Both the position numbers and the translations under genes were made by a program. The notes beneath the pieces were generated by a model. It was not told the DNA's origin. It ran no database searches and saw only the letters and a list, made by a program, of their open reading frames with translations. A stretch of 64,000 bases of DNA. It comes from Nitrospirales bacterium. Its GTDB lineage: Bacteria > Nitrospirota > Nitrospiria > Nitrospirales > UBA8639. Positions within the stretch are counted from its first letter, which is position 1, and the number at the start of each line of letters is the position of its first letter. The stretch is from assembly GCA_963555755.3 (NCBI GenBank), contig OY820905.2, positions 1,440,001 through 1,504,000 on the forward strand. The letters run 5' to 3'. Shown in pieces: positions 52,928 to 61,748 of this stretch.

Positions 52928-53193
52928 GAACTTCCCACCAGCGTAAGTATTTCTATTCCGTGTAGCTGTGCCCTCTCACCTGCCTGCACGCTTGCGCGCC
53001 AAGGCCGACTTCAGCGGCGAGCACGAAAGCAGGCGAGATGCTGCAACTACGCAAGAGAAACAAGGGTCCAGAAACCTACCTTCCATTTGAATACTGATAT
53101 CAAGAAAAATTCTCGGCTTCCTTGAAAACCAGAAAAACACCTGCTTATAATCCATTTGCCCCTCATGCAAATGTCCCTACCATTGAGGCAAAT

Positions 53194-54720
53194 GTGCTTG
53201 CAAAAGTTTTGAGTGCTGGTCTGCTCGGTCTTGATGCCCACCTGATTGAAGTCGAAGTCGACATAGGAGGAGGGCTTCCTCAATTCTCCATCGTCGGACT
53301 TCCGGATGCAACTGTTCGAGAAAGCCGTGACCGTGTCCGCGCGGCACTCAAGAACACGGGATTTGTCTTTCCACCAAAAAAGATCACCGTAAATTTGGCC
53401 CCCGCAGGCATCAAAAAAGAAGGGTCCGGTCTGGAGCTCGCCATTGCCATTGGAATTTTAGTGGCCGAAGGAATCCTCTCTCAGGAATCGGCCGAAAACT
53501 TTGTGCTGGTTGGCGAACTATCTTTAGACGGTCGCGTGAAACCCATCATGGGATCGCTTTCCATCGGCATGCTGTGTCAAGGCAAACATCCACTGATTAT
53601 TCCCGCAGAAAATGCCCCGGAAGCCGCGGTTCTTGAGCAGGCCGAAGTCTATGGGGTGCATACGCTCCCCGAAGTCCTTGCCATCTTGAGTGGAGAACAA
53701 TCGGTCTCCCCGGTTACGGTAGATCGTGAAGCCCTCTTTCAAGCACCCGCCACCATCGAAGAGGACTTCTCGGAAGTACGTGGGCAAACTCAAGCCAAAC
53801 GCGCACTCGAAATCGCCGCGGCCGGCGGCCACAATGTATTGCTCATCGGCCCGCCAGGTTCCGGGAAAACCATGCTCGCACAACGACTCCCGAGCATCCT
53901 GCCCACCCTCAATCAGCACGAGGCCATCGAAACCACAAGAGTACATAGCGTGGCCGGCACACTTCCGGACGGACGATCGTTGATCACCACACGACCATTT
54001 CGCGCCCCGCACCATAACATCTCCGAAGCGGGTCTCATTGGTGGAGGCACCATTCCCAAACCAGGAGAAGTATCACTCGCCCATCATGGCGTCCTCTTTC
54101 TCGATGAAGTGCTGGAGTTTAGGCGGCAAGTCCTCGATAGCCTTCGCCAGCCTCTCGAAGAAGGCGCCATCACCATAACACGAGTCAATGCCACACTCCG
54201 CTATCCGGCGCAACTGATGCTGGTCACCGCCATGAATCCATGCCCTTGCGGGTACTACGGCGATCGCACCCGTGAATGCCATTGCTCGTCCCAACAAATC
54301 CAACGATATCGAGGACGTCTCTCCGGCCCACTCCTCGATCGACTGGATATCCACCTCGAAATCCCGGCTGTGGTGGTATCAGAACTGAGCAAGGATACTC
54401 CAGCCGAATCCTCCATCGTTATTCGCGAGCGAGTCTCGGCGGCACGGTCCACACAAGCTCGGCGATTACACGCTGACGGGCTCTTCACCAATGCGCAACT
54501 CAAACCTCGACACCTCAAAAAATACTGTCTCATTGACGAACAAGGGAAAAAACTGCTCGAACAGGCCGTGGATCGGCTTGGCCTTTCAGCAAGAGCCTAC
54601 GGTCGCATTCTTCGCGTTGCACGAACCATTGCCGATTTGGCAGACTCAGAACACTTGGAGCCACCTCACCTCGCTGAGGCTATTCAATACCGGAGCCTGG
54701 ATCGTGCTCTTCCGCTATAG
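53194..54720 (+). CDS. comM: YifB/ComM family Mg-chelatase-like AAA+ ATPase
   Basis: IVGLPD, ITVNLAPA, GELSLDG, GPPGSGKT, FRAPHH, SLAHHGVLFLDE and NPCPCG; probable GTG start at 53194. Confidence 0.93.
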   Translation: MLAKVLSAGLLGLDAHLIEVEVDIGGGLPQFSIVGLPDATVRESRDRVRAALKNTGFVFPPKKITVNLAPAGIKKEGSGLELAIAIGILVAEGILSQESAENFVLVGELSLDGRVKPIMGSLSIGMLCQGKHPLIIPAENAPEAAVLEQAEVYGVHTLPEVLAILSGEQSVSPVTVDREALFQAPATIEEDFSEVRGQTQAKRALEIAAAGGHNVLLIGPPGSGKTMLAQRLPSILPTLNQHEAIETTRVHSVAGTLPDGRSLITTRPFRAPHHNISEAGLIGGGTIPKPGEVSLAHHGVLFLDEVLEFRRQVLDSLRQPLEEGAITITRVNATLRYPAQLMLVTAMNPCPCGYYGDRTRECHCSSQQIQRYRGRLSGPLLDRLDIHLEIPAVVVSELSKDTPAESSIVIRERVSAARSTQARRLHADGLFTNAQLKPRHLKKYCLIDEQGKKLLEQAVDRLGLSARAYGRILRVARTIADLADSEHLEPPHLAEAIQYRSLDRALPL

Positions 54721-54844
54721 ACTTGGGGCAAAGCAGAATCGGCGACATCCGCACTGGTTACCCTAGAAACGGCAGTAGGGCGCAAAAAAGACGTGTAAGA
54801 TATTTGGTGTGCATGGTGAAATACAAAAATTCGTGATCACCTTA

Positions 54845-55106
54845 GGGTTCGTCACGAAATAACCGGGACAATTGGGAGGCCCAGATTTGTGATCGGGGCA
54901 AGGCGCGAGAGGGAGCCTAGCGGGGCTATGTGACCGAGAAGCAACGCCGCCCCGGGCCAAAGATGGGCCTCCCCGGAGGGCCGGACGCTTTTGGGCTCCG
55001 CCGGCGTCGCTCTTCGCTTCCATACTCCCGGTATGCGCGCTCTTCGCTCCTTGGCTCGCTCCAAAATCGTCTCGGCCAATTGTCCCGGTTATTTCGTGAC
55101 GGACCC
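54845..55106. mobile_element. 262-bp MITE with ~31-bp TIRs and TTA duplication
   Basis: GGGTTCGTCACGAAATAACCGGGACAATTGG ... CCAATTGTCCCGGTTATTTCGTGACGGACCC. Confidence 0.88.
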
Positions 55107-55109
55107 TTA

Positions 55110-55289
55110 GGACCTGCGAGAAAATAACTTGATCAATATCGCGCCAAGATTTGGGTCGGATTTGGACGAAACGATTGAGAAACACTCGAGGCATAGCACA
55201 GCTATGGTGAGGGTGTTTCGATTGAGGCCCGTTCAAAGATGGCCCGAAGATTGGATGCGAGATTGATCAAGTTATTTTCTCGCAGGTCC
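55110..55289. mobile_element. 180-bp MITE with 28-bp perfect TIRs, abutting the previous MITE
   Basis: GGACCTGCGAGAAAATAACTTGATCAAT ... ATTGATCAAGTTATTTTCTCGCAGGTCC; flanked by TTA / TAA. Confidence 0.88.
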
Positions 55290-55456
55290 TAAGAGCTTGC
55301 GCGGACTTTTGTGATCCAACTGCTGTTTCTAGGTTCCAAGATGGCCCGAAGATTGGATGCGAGATTGATCAAGTTATTTTCTCGCAGGTCCTAAGAGCTT
55401 ACGCGGACTTTTGTGATCCAACAAAGACGACTGCTACCGATTAACGGCTCTAAATC

Positions 55457-55675
55457 ATGAATTCACTGAAAATCTTCACCTGGTGGTTTCTGGTCGGGGT
55501 GCTCATGGCCACCGCAATTATTCTGCTCCAAGGCGGCATTCGAGACATCATGCTGGCGGGAGAACCTCTGTGGGAAGTGAAACTCATGGAATTACTTACC
55601 CCCATTTTTGGAGGTGGGCTCTTGGGGGGATGCATAGCCCTTATCTTAGATCGCATTCGCAAACCTGATTCATAA
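55457..55675 (+). CDS. Small two-helix membrane protein
   Basis: 72 aa with two hydrophobic segments. Confidence 0.65.
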   Translation: MNSLKIFTWWFLVGVLMATAIILLQGGIRDIMLAGEPLWEVKLMELLTPIFGGGLLGGCIALILDRIRKPDS

Positions 55676-55693
55676 CAAGGGGTAAAGGGAAAG

Positions 55694-56119
55694 ATGGACA
55701 TTCAAATTGGTCAACATGTGTATCGCAATACAGACGGCACCATTGAAATCGAAGGAGCGCTACAAATTGAAATTACACTGCGCGGAGCCGGGACCCCGCC
55801 ACAATTGAATTTTGCCATTTTCAATGCCCTCGGAAAAATTCCTGGAAAGCTGATGAGCAGCAACTTTACCGTCAACGAAGGGAGCGTCTACTCTCTATCG
55901 AAGAGCCCGACGAGCATTGTCATTACCCACCCGGAGTCGGGCACGGAGGTACTGAATGTAGCAGTTGAATCCGAAAACAAGGTCGTGATCTCAAAGGGAA
56001 ATTTTCACACCCTCAAGGGGCACACCGTCACCATCACACCCGAGGATTGGACGATCGACAAGACAACTGTAACGAAAGGGGAAACAGATATGAAAGGAAA
56101 GGGTGTCAGCTTGGGATAA
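55694..56119 (+). CDS. Hypothetical beta-rich protein
   Basis: 141-aa ORF with purine-rich RBS and no competing long ORF. Confidence 0.7.
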   Translation: MDIQIGQHVYRNTDGTIEIEGALQIEITLRGAGTPPQLNFAIFNALGKIPGKLMSSNFTVNEGSVYSLSKSPTSIVITHPESGTEVLNVAVESENKVVISKGNFHTLKGHTVTITPEDWTIDKTTVTKGETDMKGKGVSLG

Positions 56120-56299
56120 ATTTCCGCCCCTTACGACGGTAGAGTGGTTGAAGGGAACCGACATTTTTCTCTTTTGCGAGGTGCGCCAAGAGCTTGCGCG
56201 GACTTTTGTGATCCAACTGCTGTTTCTAGGTTCACCGTGAAAAACTCATAGCATTCAGTTACACTGGTTTGTCCTAAAAAATCTTCAATCAACAAACCA

Positions 56300-56421
56300 C
56301 AGGGTGTTCAAAAAGGGCCGTCCAGCAAGGCCGCAGGGACTTTGGCGAGCGGAGCGTACAAGCAGTACGTGAGCACGACAAAGGCCCGAGAACGCCGCTG
56401 GCGGACTTTTTGAACACCCTG
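56300..56421. mobile_element. 122-bp MITE / palindromic repeat
   Basis: TIR CAGGGTGTTCAAAAAG / CTTTTTGAACACCCTG; central CGTAC-N5-GTACG hairpin; second copy at 60077..60360. Confidence 0.88.
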
Positions 56422-56422
56422 C

Positions 56423-56629
56423 CTAGATCTCCGCAACCGGGGCGCTTTGCGTCCCCTCGCAAATCGAACACATCTGACTGGGAATCGCCTCGCTGACTCG
56501 GGCCGGACCCAACGCACTCTTGAGATCTAACGCCACCACATCTGAAGCTTGATACGTCCACAGCCTCCCGCAATCAGGACAACAGAACCACATGGTATAG
56601 CCAGGCCAATTGCGATCTCGTGTTCCCAT
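56423..56629 (-). CDS. Small putative zinc-binding protein
   Basis: 68 aa with CPDC and CSIC pairs; co-oriented with the upstream genes. Confidence 0.6.
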   Translation of the reverse strand: MGTRDRNWPGYTMWFCCPDCGRLWTYQASDVVALDLKSALGPARVSEAIPSQMCSICEGTQSAPVAEI

Positions 56630-56649
56630 AATCTCAACTTCACCTAGGG

Positions 56650-56880
56650 TTACGCATCGACCTCAAACACATTCCGAATCTTTGCCTCTAACGAACCCAA
56701 CCACTCTTCAAACGGCACGCCAGCATCCACAATAATTTCCAACTTACCGTTTTCCAATTTACGGACCACGCCTGGAGATTCAGCGCCTAAGGAAATTTCC
56801 ACCCATTCACGATTGATTTCCAAATCATCGATCAATTCCAATATTTGATTGATTTGTGGAAACGAAACGGCATCTGACAT
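56650..56880 (-). CDS. Small acidic hypothetical protein
   Basis: MSDAVSF... preceded by AAGGA. Confidence 0.65.
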   Translation of the reverse strand: MSDAVSFPQINQILELIDDLEINREWVEISLGAESPGVVRKLENGKLEIIVDAGVPFEEWLGSLEAKIRNVFEVDA

Positions 56881-57028
56881 AGCGACAATCCTTGTGGTAA
56901 TCCTTGAAAGCAAAAGTGGATTTTAGGGAACCAAACCTGGTTGTGTCAATGACGGTAACAGAAACTCATCGTAGGATTTCGGCGAGCATGAGGGTGCAAT
57001 ATCTAACACACAATCAAGAGATAGCTTT

Positions 57029-58057
57029 TCATGCAGATAGGACCGAACTCAATATGTGCGCAGCTTTTTCCATATCCTGCTCATCGACATCCAAATGCGT
57101 CACCGCACGAAAGACCCGATCACCCATGGCATTCAACAGCACCCCAGCCTCCTTGAACGCCTGCAATAACTCTGGCGTCGATCGTTCACGTTGACCGACT
57201 TCAAAGACCACGATATTGGTTTCAACCCGATCAGGGTCCACCAATACCGTAGAAATTTGCTGCAACTGCAAAGCCAGATTTTTGGCATTGTCGTGATCCT
57301 CTTTGAGGCGGGGGATATGATGCTCCAAGGCATACAGCCCTCCTGCAGCAAGAATACCCGCTTGCCGCATTCCTCCTCCAAATATTTTCCGCAAACGACG
57401 AAGCTGGTTGATATTGTCCTGTGTGGAAATGATCAACGACCCCACAGGCGCACCCAGACCCTTCGATAAACAAAACGACACCGTATCAAAATGCCGGGCA
57501 TACTCGGCCGCAGAAATCCCAGACGCCACGACCGCATTGAACAGCCGGGCACCATCTAAATGACACGCCAACCCCTGTTCTCTGGCCCAAGAGGTGAGAG
57601 TCTCAATCCTCTCGAGAGGATAGACGGACCCACCGCCGGCATTATGGGTTTGCTCAAGGCACAGGAGCGTCGTCGGAGGATTGTGCACATCCTTTGGACG
57701 CAAGGCGGCCTGGACCGGTTTCAGCGCAAGAAGGCCTCGCTCGCCAAGCACGCAACTCAACTGCACCTGAGATAACGCCGACGCCGACCCGCCCTCGTAC
57801 CGAATAATATGAGAGGAACTTTCGACGATGATTTCATCGCCCGCCCGTGTATGAAGCCGAATCGACAGTTGATTGGCCATCACGCCCGTTGGGACAAACA
57901 ATGCAGCTTCCTTGCCAAGCACCTGTGCAGCCATCGCTTCCAATCGATTGACGGTGGGGTCCTCGCCGTACACATCATCCCCAACCTGCGCCTGCGCCAT
58001 GGCTTCACGCATGGCGGGTGATGGCTGAGTCACCGTATCGCTGCGAAGATCAATCAT
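57029..58057 (-). CDS. ltaE: Low-specificity L-threonine aldolase
   Basis: [36 protein letters not shown] and GGGMRQ. Confidence 0.95.
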   Translation of the reverse strand: MIDLRSDTVTQPSPAMREAMAQAQVGDDVYGEDPTVNRLEAMAAQVLGKEAALFVPTGVMANQLSIRLHTRAGDEIIVESSSHIIRYEGGSASALSQVQLSCVLGERGLLALKPVQAALRPKDVHNPPTTLLCLEQTHNAGGGSVYPLERIETLTSWAREQGLACHLDGARLFNAVVASGISAAEYARHFDTVSFCLSKGLGAPVGSLIISTQDNINQLRRLRKIFGGGMRQAGILAAGGLYALEHHIPRLKEDHDNAKNLALQLQQISTVLVDPDRVETNIVVFEVGQRERSTPELLQAFKEAGVLLNAMGDRVFRAVTHLDVDEQDMEKAAHILSSVLSA

Positions 58058-58100
58058 GTTTCGTTCCTTTAGGTTGGGAGTCGTGAACCATATTTCTTAA

Positions 58101-58241
58101 GGGCACCTCTAAAAACCGTCCTTTTCCGTGATGGCGGCGTCAGCCGCGTGCTCACATCCTCATGTATTCGCCCATACACTCCGGTTTTCCGCGCGCGGCT
58201 TCCTTGCCCTCACAAAAAATGCCTGGTTTGTAGAGGTGCCC
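58101..58241. mobile_element. 141-bp MITE flanked by TTAA
   Basis: GGGCACCTCTA(A)AAACC ... GGTTT(G)TAGAGGTGCCC. Confidence 0.85.
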
Positions 58242-58251
58242 TTAAATATTC

Positions 58252-58447
58252 GTAACAACTCAGGTGGATAGACTGAAGGTGGAAGGCTTTAAGCCGAAAC
58301 CGAGAAGGTCTAATATGGCTTGCTCCAAGCGTTACGTGATGAGTGATAGCCTGTAGCCTGTAGTCTTCAGTCTTCACCCTTCAGCCTGTAGCCTGTAGTC
58401 TTCACCCTTCAGCCTTCACCCTTCAGCCTAAACACCTGAGTAGTTAC
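58252..58447. mobile_element. 196-bp MITE with IS66/ISBst12-type ends, filled with heptamer repeats
   Basis: GTAACAACTCAGGTG ... CACCTGAGTAGTTAC; internal TAGCCTG/CAGTCTT/CACCCTT 7-mers. Confidence 0.85.
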
Positions 58448-58523
58448 GAATATTTTACGGCAACCCAAAGTAGCAGGACAACACTCGCGGCACACGTTAC
58501 AATAGCGATTCAACGAAGGAAAA

Positions 58524-59399
58524 ATGACCATGCCACCTCACACCCTACTCATTACTGGCGGCTCCGGCTACTTGGGATCGCAGATTGTTCAAATGGCTCA
58601 ACATTGGGCCACCCACGCGATCTATCTTCATCACACGCCAGCACCTTCACAGCATACCACGTTTCACCAGTGCGACTTGCGGAATAGAAAGCAAGTCGAA
58701 CAATTGCTTATGGACGTTCGCCCATCCGTCATCATCCACACGGCCTGTTCCAATCAAAACCAAGACAACCTAGACTCAATCCTCCCTGCCGCCCGCAACC
58801 TGACCGAGGCAGCCGTCAAGATCGATGCGCGACTCATTCATGTGTCCACCGACCTCGTCTTCGATGGAAAACAGGGCCCATATTCCGAAGCGGCAACACC
58901 TTCCTCCTTGTCGGAGTATGGACAGGCCAAAACACAGTCTGAAAAAATCGTGATGACCCACAACACAAAGGCCCTCGTGGTGCGCCCATCACTCATTTAT
59001 GGCATCAACCCCATCGACCACCAAACATGCTGGCTCATCAAGGGAATTGAGGAAAACCAACCGATCAGATTATTTACTGATGAATATCGCTCCCCCATTT
59101 GGGTGAACACATTAAGCCTCGCACTCCTAGAATTGGCCGAAAGCACGGTGACCGGGATTGTGCATCTCGCCGGCCAGCAGGCATTAAATCGATGGGAGTT
59201 CGGCCAAGCCATCCTGAAAATGCTGAAACGAAACACCCCACCAAATGTCGTACCGTCAACGATCAAAGAATCAGGAATGATTCGGCCACAGAATCTGACT
59301 CTCGATATCACCAAGGCGCAACAGCTCTTGAAGACACCATTGCTTTCGGTGGCTGAAGTCAGCGAACAGCTTTGTTCGCCAAAGTCATTCCTTGCTTAG
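58524..59399 (+). CDS. dTDP-4-dehydrorhamnose reductase (RfbD/RmlD)-like SDR
   Basis: ITGGSGYLG, HVSTDLVFDG, YGQAK and FTDEYRSP. Confidence 0.85.
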   Translation: MTMPPHTLLITGGSGYLGSQIVQMAQHWATHAIYLHHTPAPSQHTTFHQCDLRNRKQVEQLLMDVRPSVIIHTACSNQNQDNLDSILPAARNLTEAAVKIDARLIHVSTDLVFDGKQGPYSEAATPSSLSEYGQAKTQSEKIVMTHNTKALVVRPSLIYGINPIDHQTCWLIKGIEENQPIRLFTDEYRSPIWVNTLSLALLELAESTVTGIVHLAGQQALNRWEFGQAILKMLKRNTPPNVVPSTIKESGMIRPQNLTLDITKAQQLLKTPLLSVAEVSEQLCSPKSFLA

Positions 59400-60018
59400 C
59401 CAACACCAATTGAATCGCCTCGGATGACACCAGTCCTGCCCGCAAAATACGAGGGGGCCCAACGAGGCTGAGAATAGTAGACGGCAATCTTCCTGGTGAG
59501 GATCCACTATCAAGAATCAAGTCAATTTCTTCCCCAAACTCCTCCAAAACCTCTTTCCCAGTACAAAGAGGGGAAGAGTTCGCACGATTGGCGCTCGTCC
59601 CTGTCAGGGGCCCTGTCGCACGCAAAATTGAGAGTAACCGCTGGCCCCCAGGACACCGAACGCCGATTGTTCCGCTTTCATCTGTAAGAGGCGCAGGAAG
59701 ACCGGATCGGGCAGGAACAATACAAGTCAACGGACCAGGCCAAAAATGATCCAAGAGAGGAACGGCCCACGAAGGGATCGACCTCACCAAAGGGTCGAGT
59801 TGACTTCGCTCGCCGATCAACACCAGCAGAGGTTTGTCGGAAGGTCGGCCTTTGAGATCGGCTACCCGGTTAACCGCAGTTGGAGACAAGACCGAAGCGG
59901 CCAGCGCGTAAAAACTTTCCGTGGCAACCGATAAGACTCCGTTCTGCGACACGCATTGACGCACCTCCTCAAAAAACTCAGAAGAGGGATTGATCGGAAC
60001 ATTGAGGATTTTGGCCAC
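59359..60018 (-). CDS. tsaC: L-threonylcarbamoyladenylate synthase (YrdC/Sua5)
   Basis: TESFYAL, KGRPSDKPL, FWPGPLT, GVRCP and TSAN. Confidence 0.9.
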   Translation of the reverse strand: MAKILNVPINPSSEFFEEVRQCVSQNGVLSVATESFYALAASVLSPTAVNRVADLKGRPSDKPLLVLIGERSQLDPLVRSIPSWAVPLLDHFWPGPLTCIVPARSGLPAPLTDESGTIGVRCPGGQRLLSILRATGPLTGTSANRANSSPLCTGKEVLEEFGEEIDLILDSGSSPGRLPSTILSLVGPPRILRAGLVSSEAIQLVLAKQGMTLANKAVR

Positions 60019-60076
60019 AAGATCCTTGGCCGGATAAAAAAGGGTTAAGGGACCATTGAAGATTTCAAAATTCCCA

Positions 60077-60360
60077 GGGGGTGGTCAAAAAGGTCATCCA
60101 GCAAAGCCGCAGGCCCTTTGGCGCGCGGAGCGTACACTAGGAGCCTGTCCGAGATTAGCGATCGTCACAAGGGGGTGCTGGTTTGAGTCAGATATTTCGA
60201 TCGTTTGAGGCGAATAGTGGTGCTATCCAACGAAAAGGATCGGAAGATCTGACCAAATCCAGCGCCCCCGCAGTAGATCCGTCTAATCTTGGACAGGCTC
60301 CTAGTACGTGAGCACGACAAAGGGCCGAGAACGCCGCTGGTGGCCTTTTTCAACACCTCC
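60077..60360. mobile_element. Copy of the 56300-type MITE with a different 160-bp MITE nested at 60141..60300
   Basis: Inner TIR GAGCCTGTCC(G/A)AGATTAG with CTAG duplication (60137-60140 and 60301-60304); the outer halves match 56300..56421. Confidence 0.9.
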
Positions 60361-61629
60361 TTAATGCAGAACGCGGCTGGCAATATCGTTGCGAAAATAC
60401 TGGCCATCAAAATGTATGGTTTGCACGGTGTCATAGGCCTTGCTTCGTGCTTGGGCAAGGTTCGAGCTCACAGCCGTCACCCCGAGAACCCGGCCGCCTG
60501 ACGTCACAATCTGGTCATCTTTCCACGCAGTCCCAGCATGAAAAACAGGAACCGATTCCGAGGAGATAGAAGCAGGAAGCCCTGCAATCGGCACGCCCGT
60601 GGGATATTTTCCAGGATACCCCTCGGAGCTCATCACCACGCATACGGCAGCTTCCTCGGACCATTCAATGTGCAATTGTTCCAGCCGGTGCTCCACCACT
60701 GCTTCCAATACATCGACCAAATCCGTTTTTAACAATGGCAAAACTACCTGCGTTTCGGGATCTCCGAACCGAGCATTGAATTCAAGCACATACGGCACAC
60801 CATCTTTGACCATCACCCCCGCATAGATCACGCCAAAGAACGGACTGCCGACCCGTGCTAACCCTTCAATCGCTGGATACAGCACTTCACGCATAATGGC
60901 GTAACGCAACGCCGGTATGGCCAACGGCGCTGGGGCATAGGCTCCCATGCCGCCAGTATTGGGCCCGGTGTCGCCGTCTCCAACTCGTTTATGGTCTTGC
61001 GCGGCAAGCATCGGTATGACGGTTTTTCCATCGGCAAAAGCCATCAAGGTTATTTCCTCACCCTGAATACACTCCTCGATAATCACCCGTTGCCCAGCCT
61101 CACCAAAGGCATGTCGCTCAAGCATATTCAGGACAGCCTCTTTGGCTTCCTCATGCGTGTGGGCCACAACCACTCCCTTGCCTTGGGCCAATCCATCGGC
61201 TTTGACCACGATCGGGACGGGACGGGAATCAAGATATTGGATCGCCGCACTGACACTCTCAAACGTCCGCGATTCAGCTGTGGGAATCTGTTGGCGAATC
61301 ATCAAGTCTTTCGCAAAGGCTTTGCTCGACTCGATCCGTGCCGCATTCTTGGTTGGACCAAACACTTTGAGTTTGTTTCGGCGAAACAGATCGGCGATGC
61401 CAAGTGCCAGAGGGGCTTCCGGACCCACCACCGTCAAATCGATCCGTTCATCCTCCGCAAACTTTTGCAATCCCGTAAGATCATCAACCGCAATCGGCAC
61501 ACATGTCGCCTGCTGACTGATACCCGCATTCCCAGGCGCGCAGTACAATTTGGTCACACGAGGGCTTTGCGCCAACTTCCACACCAGCGCATGCTCACGC
61601 CCACCACCACCGATAACGAGGATTTTCAT
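60361..61629 (-). CDS. purD: Phosphoribosylamine--glycine ligase
   Basis: GGGGREHAL, VVGPEAPL, KADGLAQGKGV, QDHKR, GPNTGGMG and EFNARFGDPE. Confidence 0.97.
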   Translation of the reverse strand: MKILVIGGGGREHALVWKLAQSPRVTKLYCAPGNAGISQQATCVPIAVDDLTGLQKFAEDERIDLTVVGPEAPLALGIADLFRRNKLKVFGPTKNAARIESSKAFAKDLMIRQQIPTAESRTFESVSAAIQYLDSRPVPIVVKADGLAQGKGVVVAHTHEEAKEAVLNMLERHAFGEAGQRVIIEECIQGEEITLMAFADGKTVIPMLAAQDHKRVGDGDTGPNTGGMGAYAPAPLAIPALRYAIMREVLYPAIEGLARVGSPFFGVIYAGVMVKDGVPYVLEFNARFGDPETQVVLPLLKTDLVDVLEAVVEHRLEQLHIEWSEEAAVCVVMSSEGYPGKYPTGVPIAGLPASISSESVPVFHAGTAWKDDQIVTSGGRVLGVTAVSSNLAQARSKAYDTVQTIHFDGQYFRNDIASRVLH

Positions 61630-61642
61630 AATTCTTAACTAC

Positions 61643-61747
61643 CGTGATGCGTAATGCGTGATGCGTAAAAAAAGGAATGAACGAGGGATGAAGAGAAAAT
61701 TTCCACCCCTCTTCACGTATCACGCATTACGGATCACGCATCACGAT
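61643..61747. repeat. Inverted heptamer arrays (CGTGATG / CATCACG) between purH and purD
   Basis: CGTGATGCGTAATGCGTGATGCGTAA ... TTCACGTATCACGCATTACGGATCACGCATCACG. Confidence 0.8.
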
Positions 61748-61748
61748 T

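Noticed and set aside
53194..54720. comM as an integration hotspot
   Set aside because: The reading frame is uninterrupted.
54763..55236. ORFs of 65-157 aa here and at 3877-4312, 56289-56573 and 60165-60501
   Set aside because: They run through MITE sequence or antisense to real genes and show no protein motifs.
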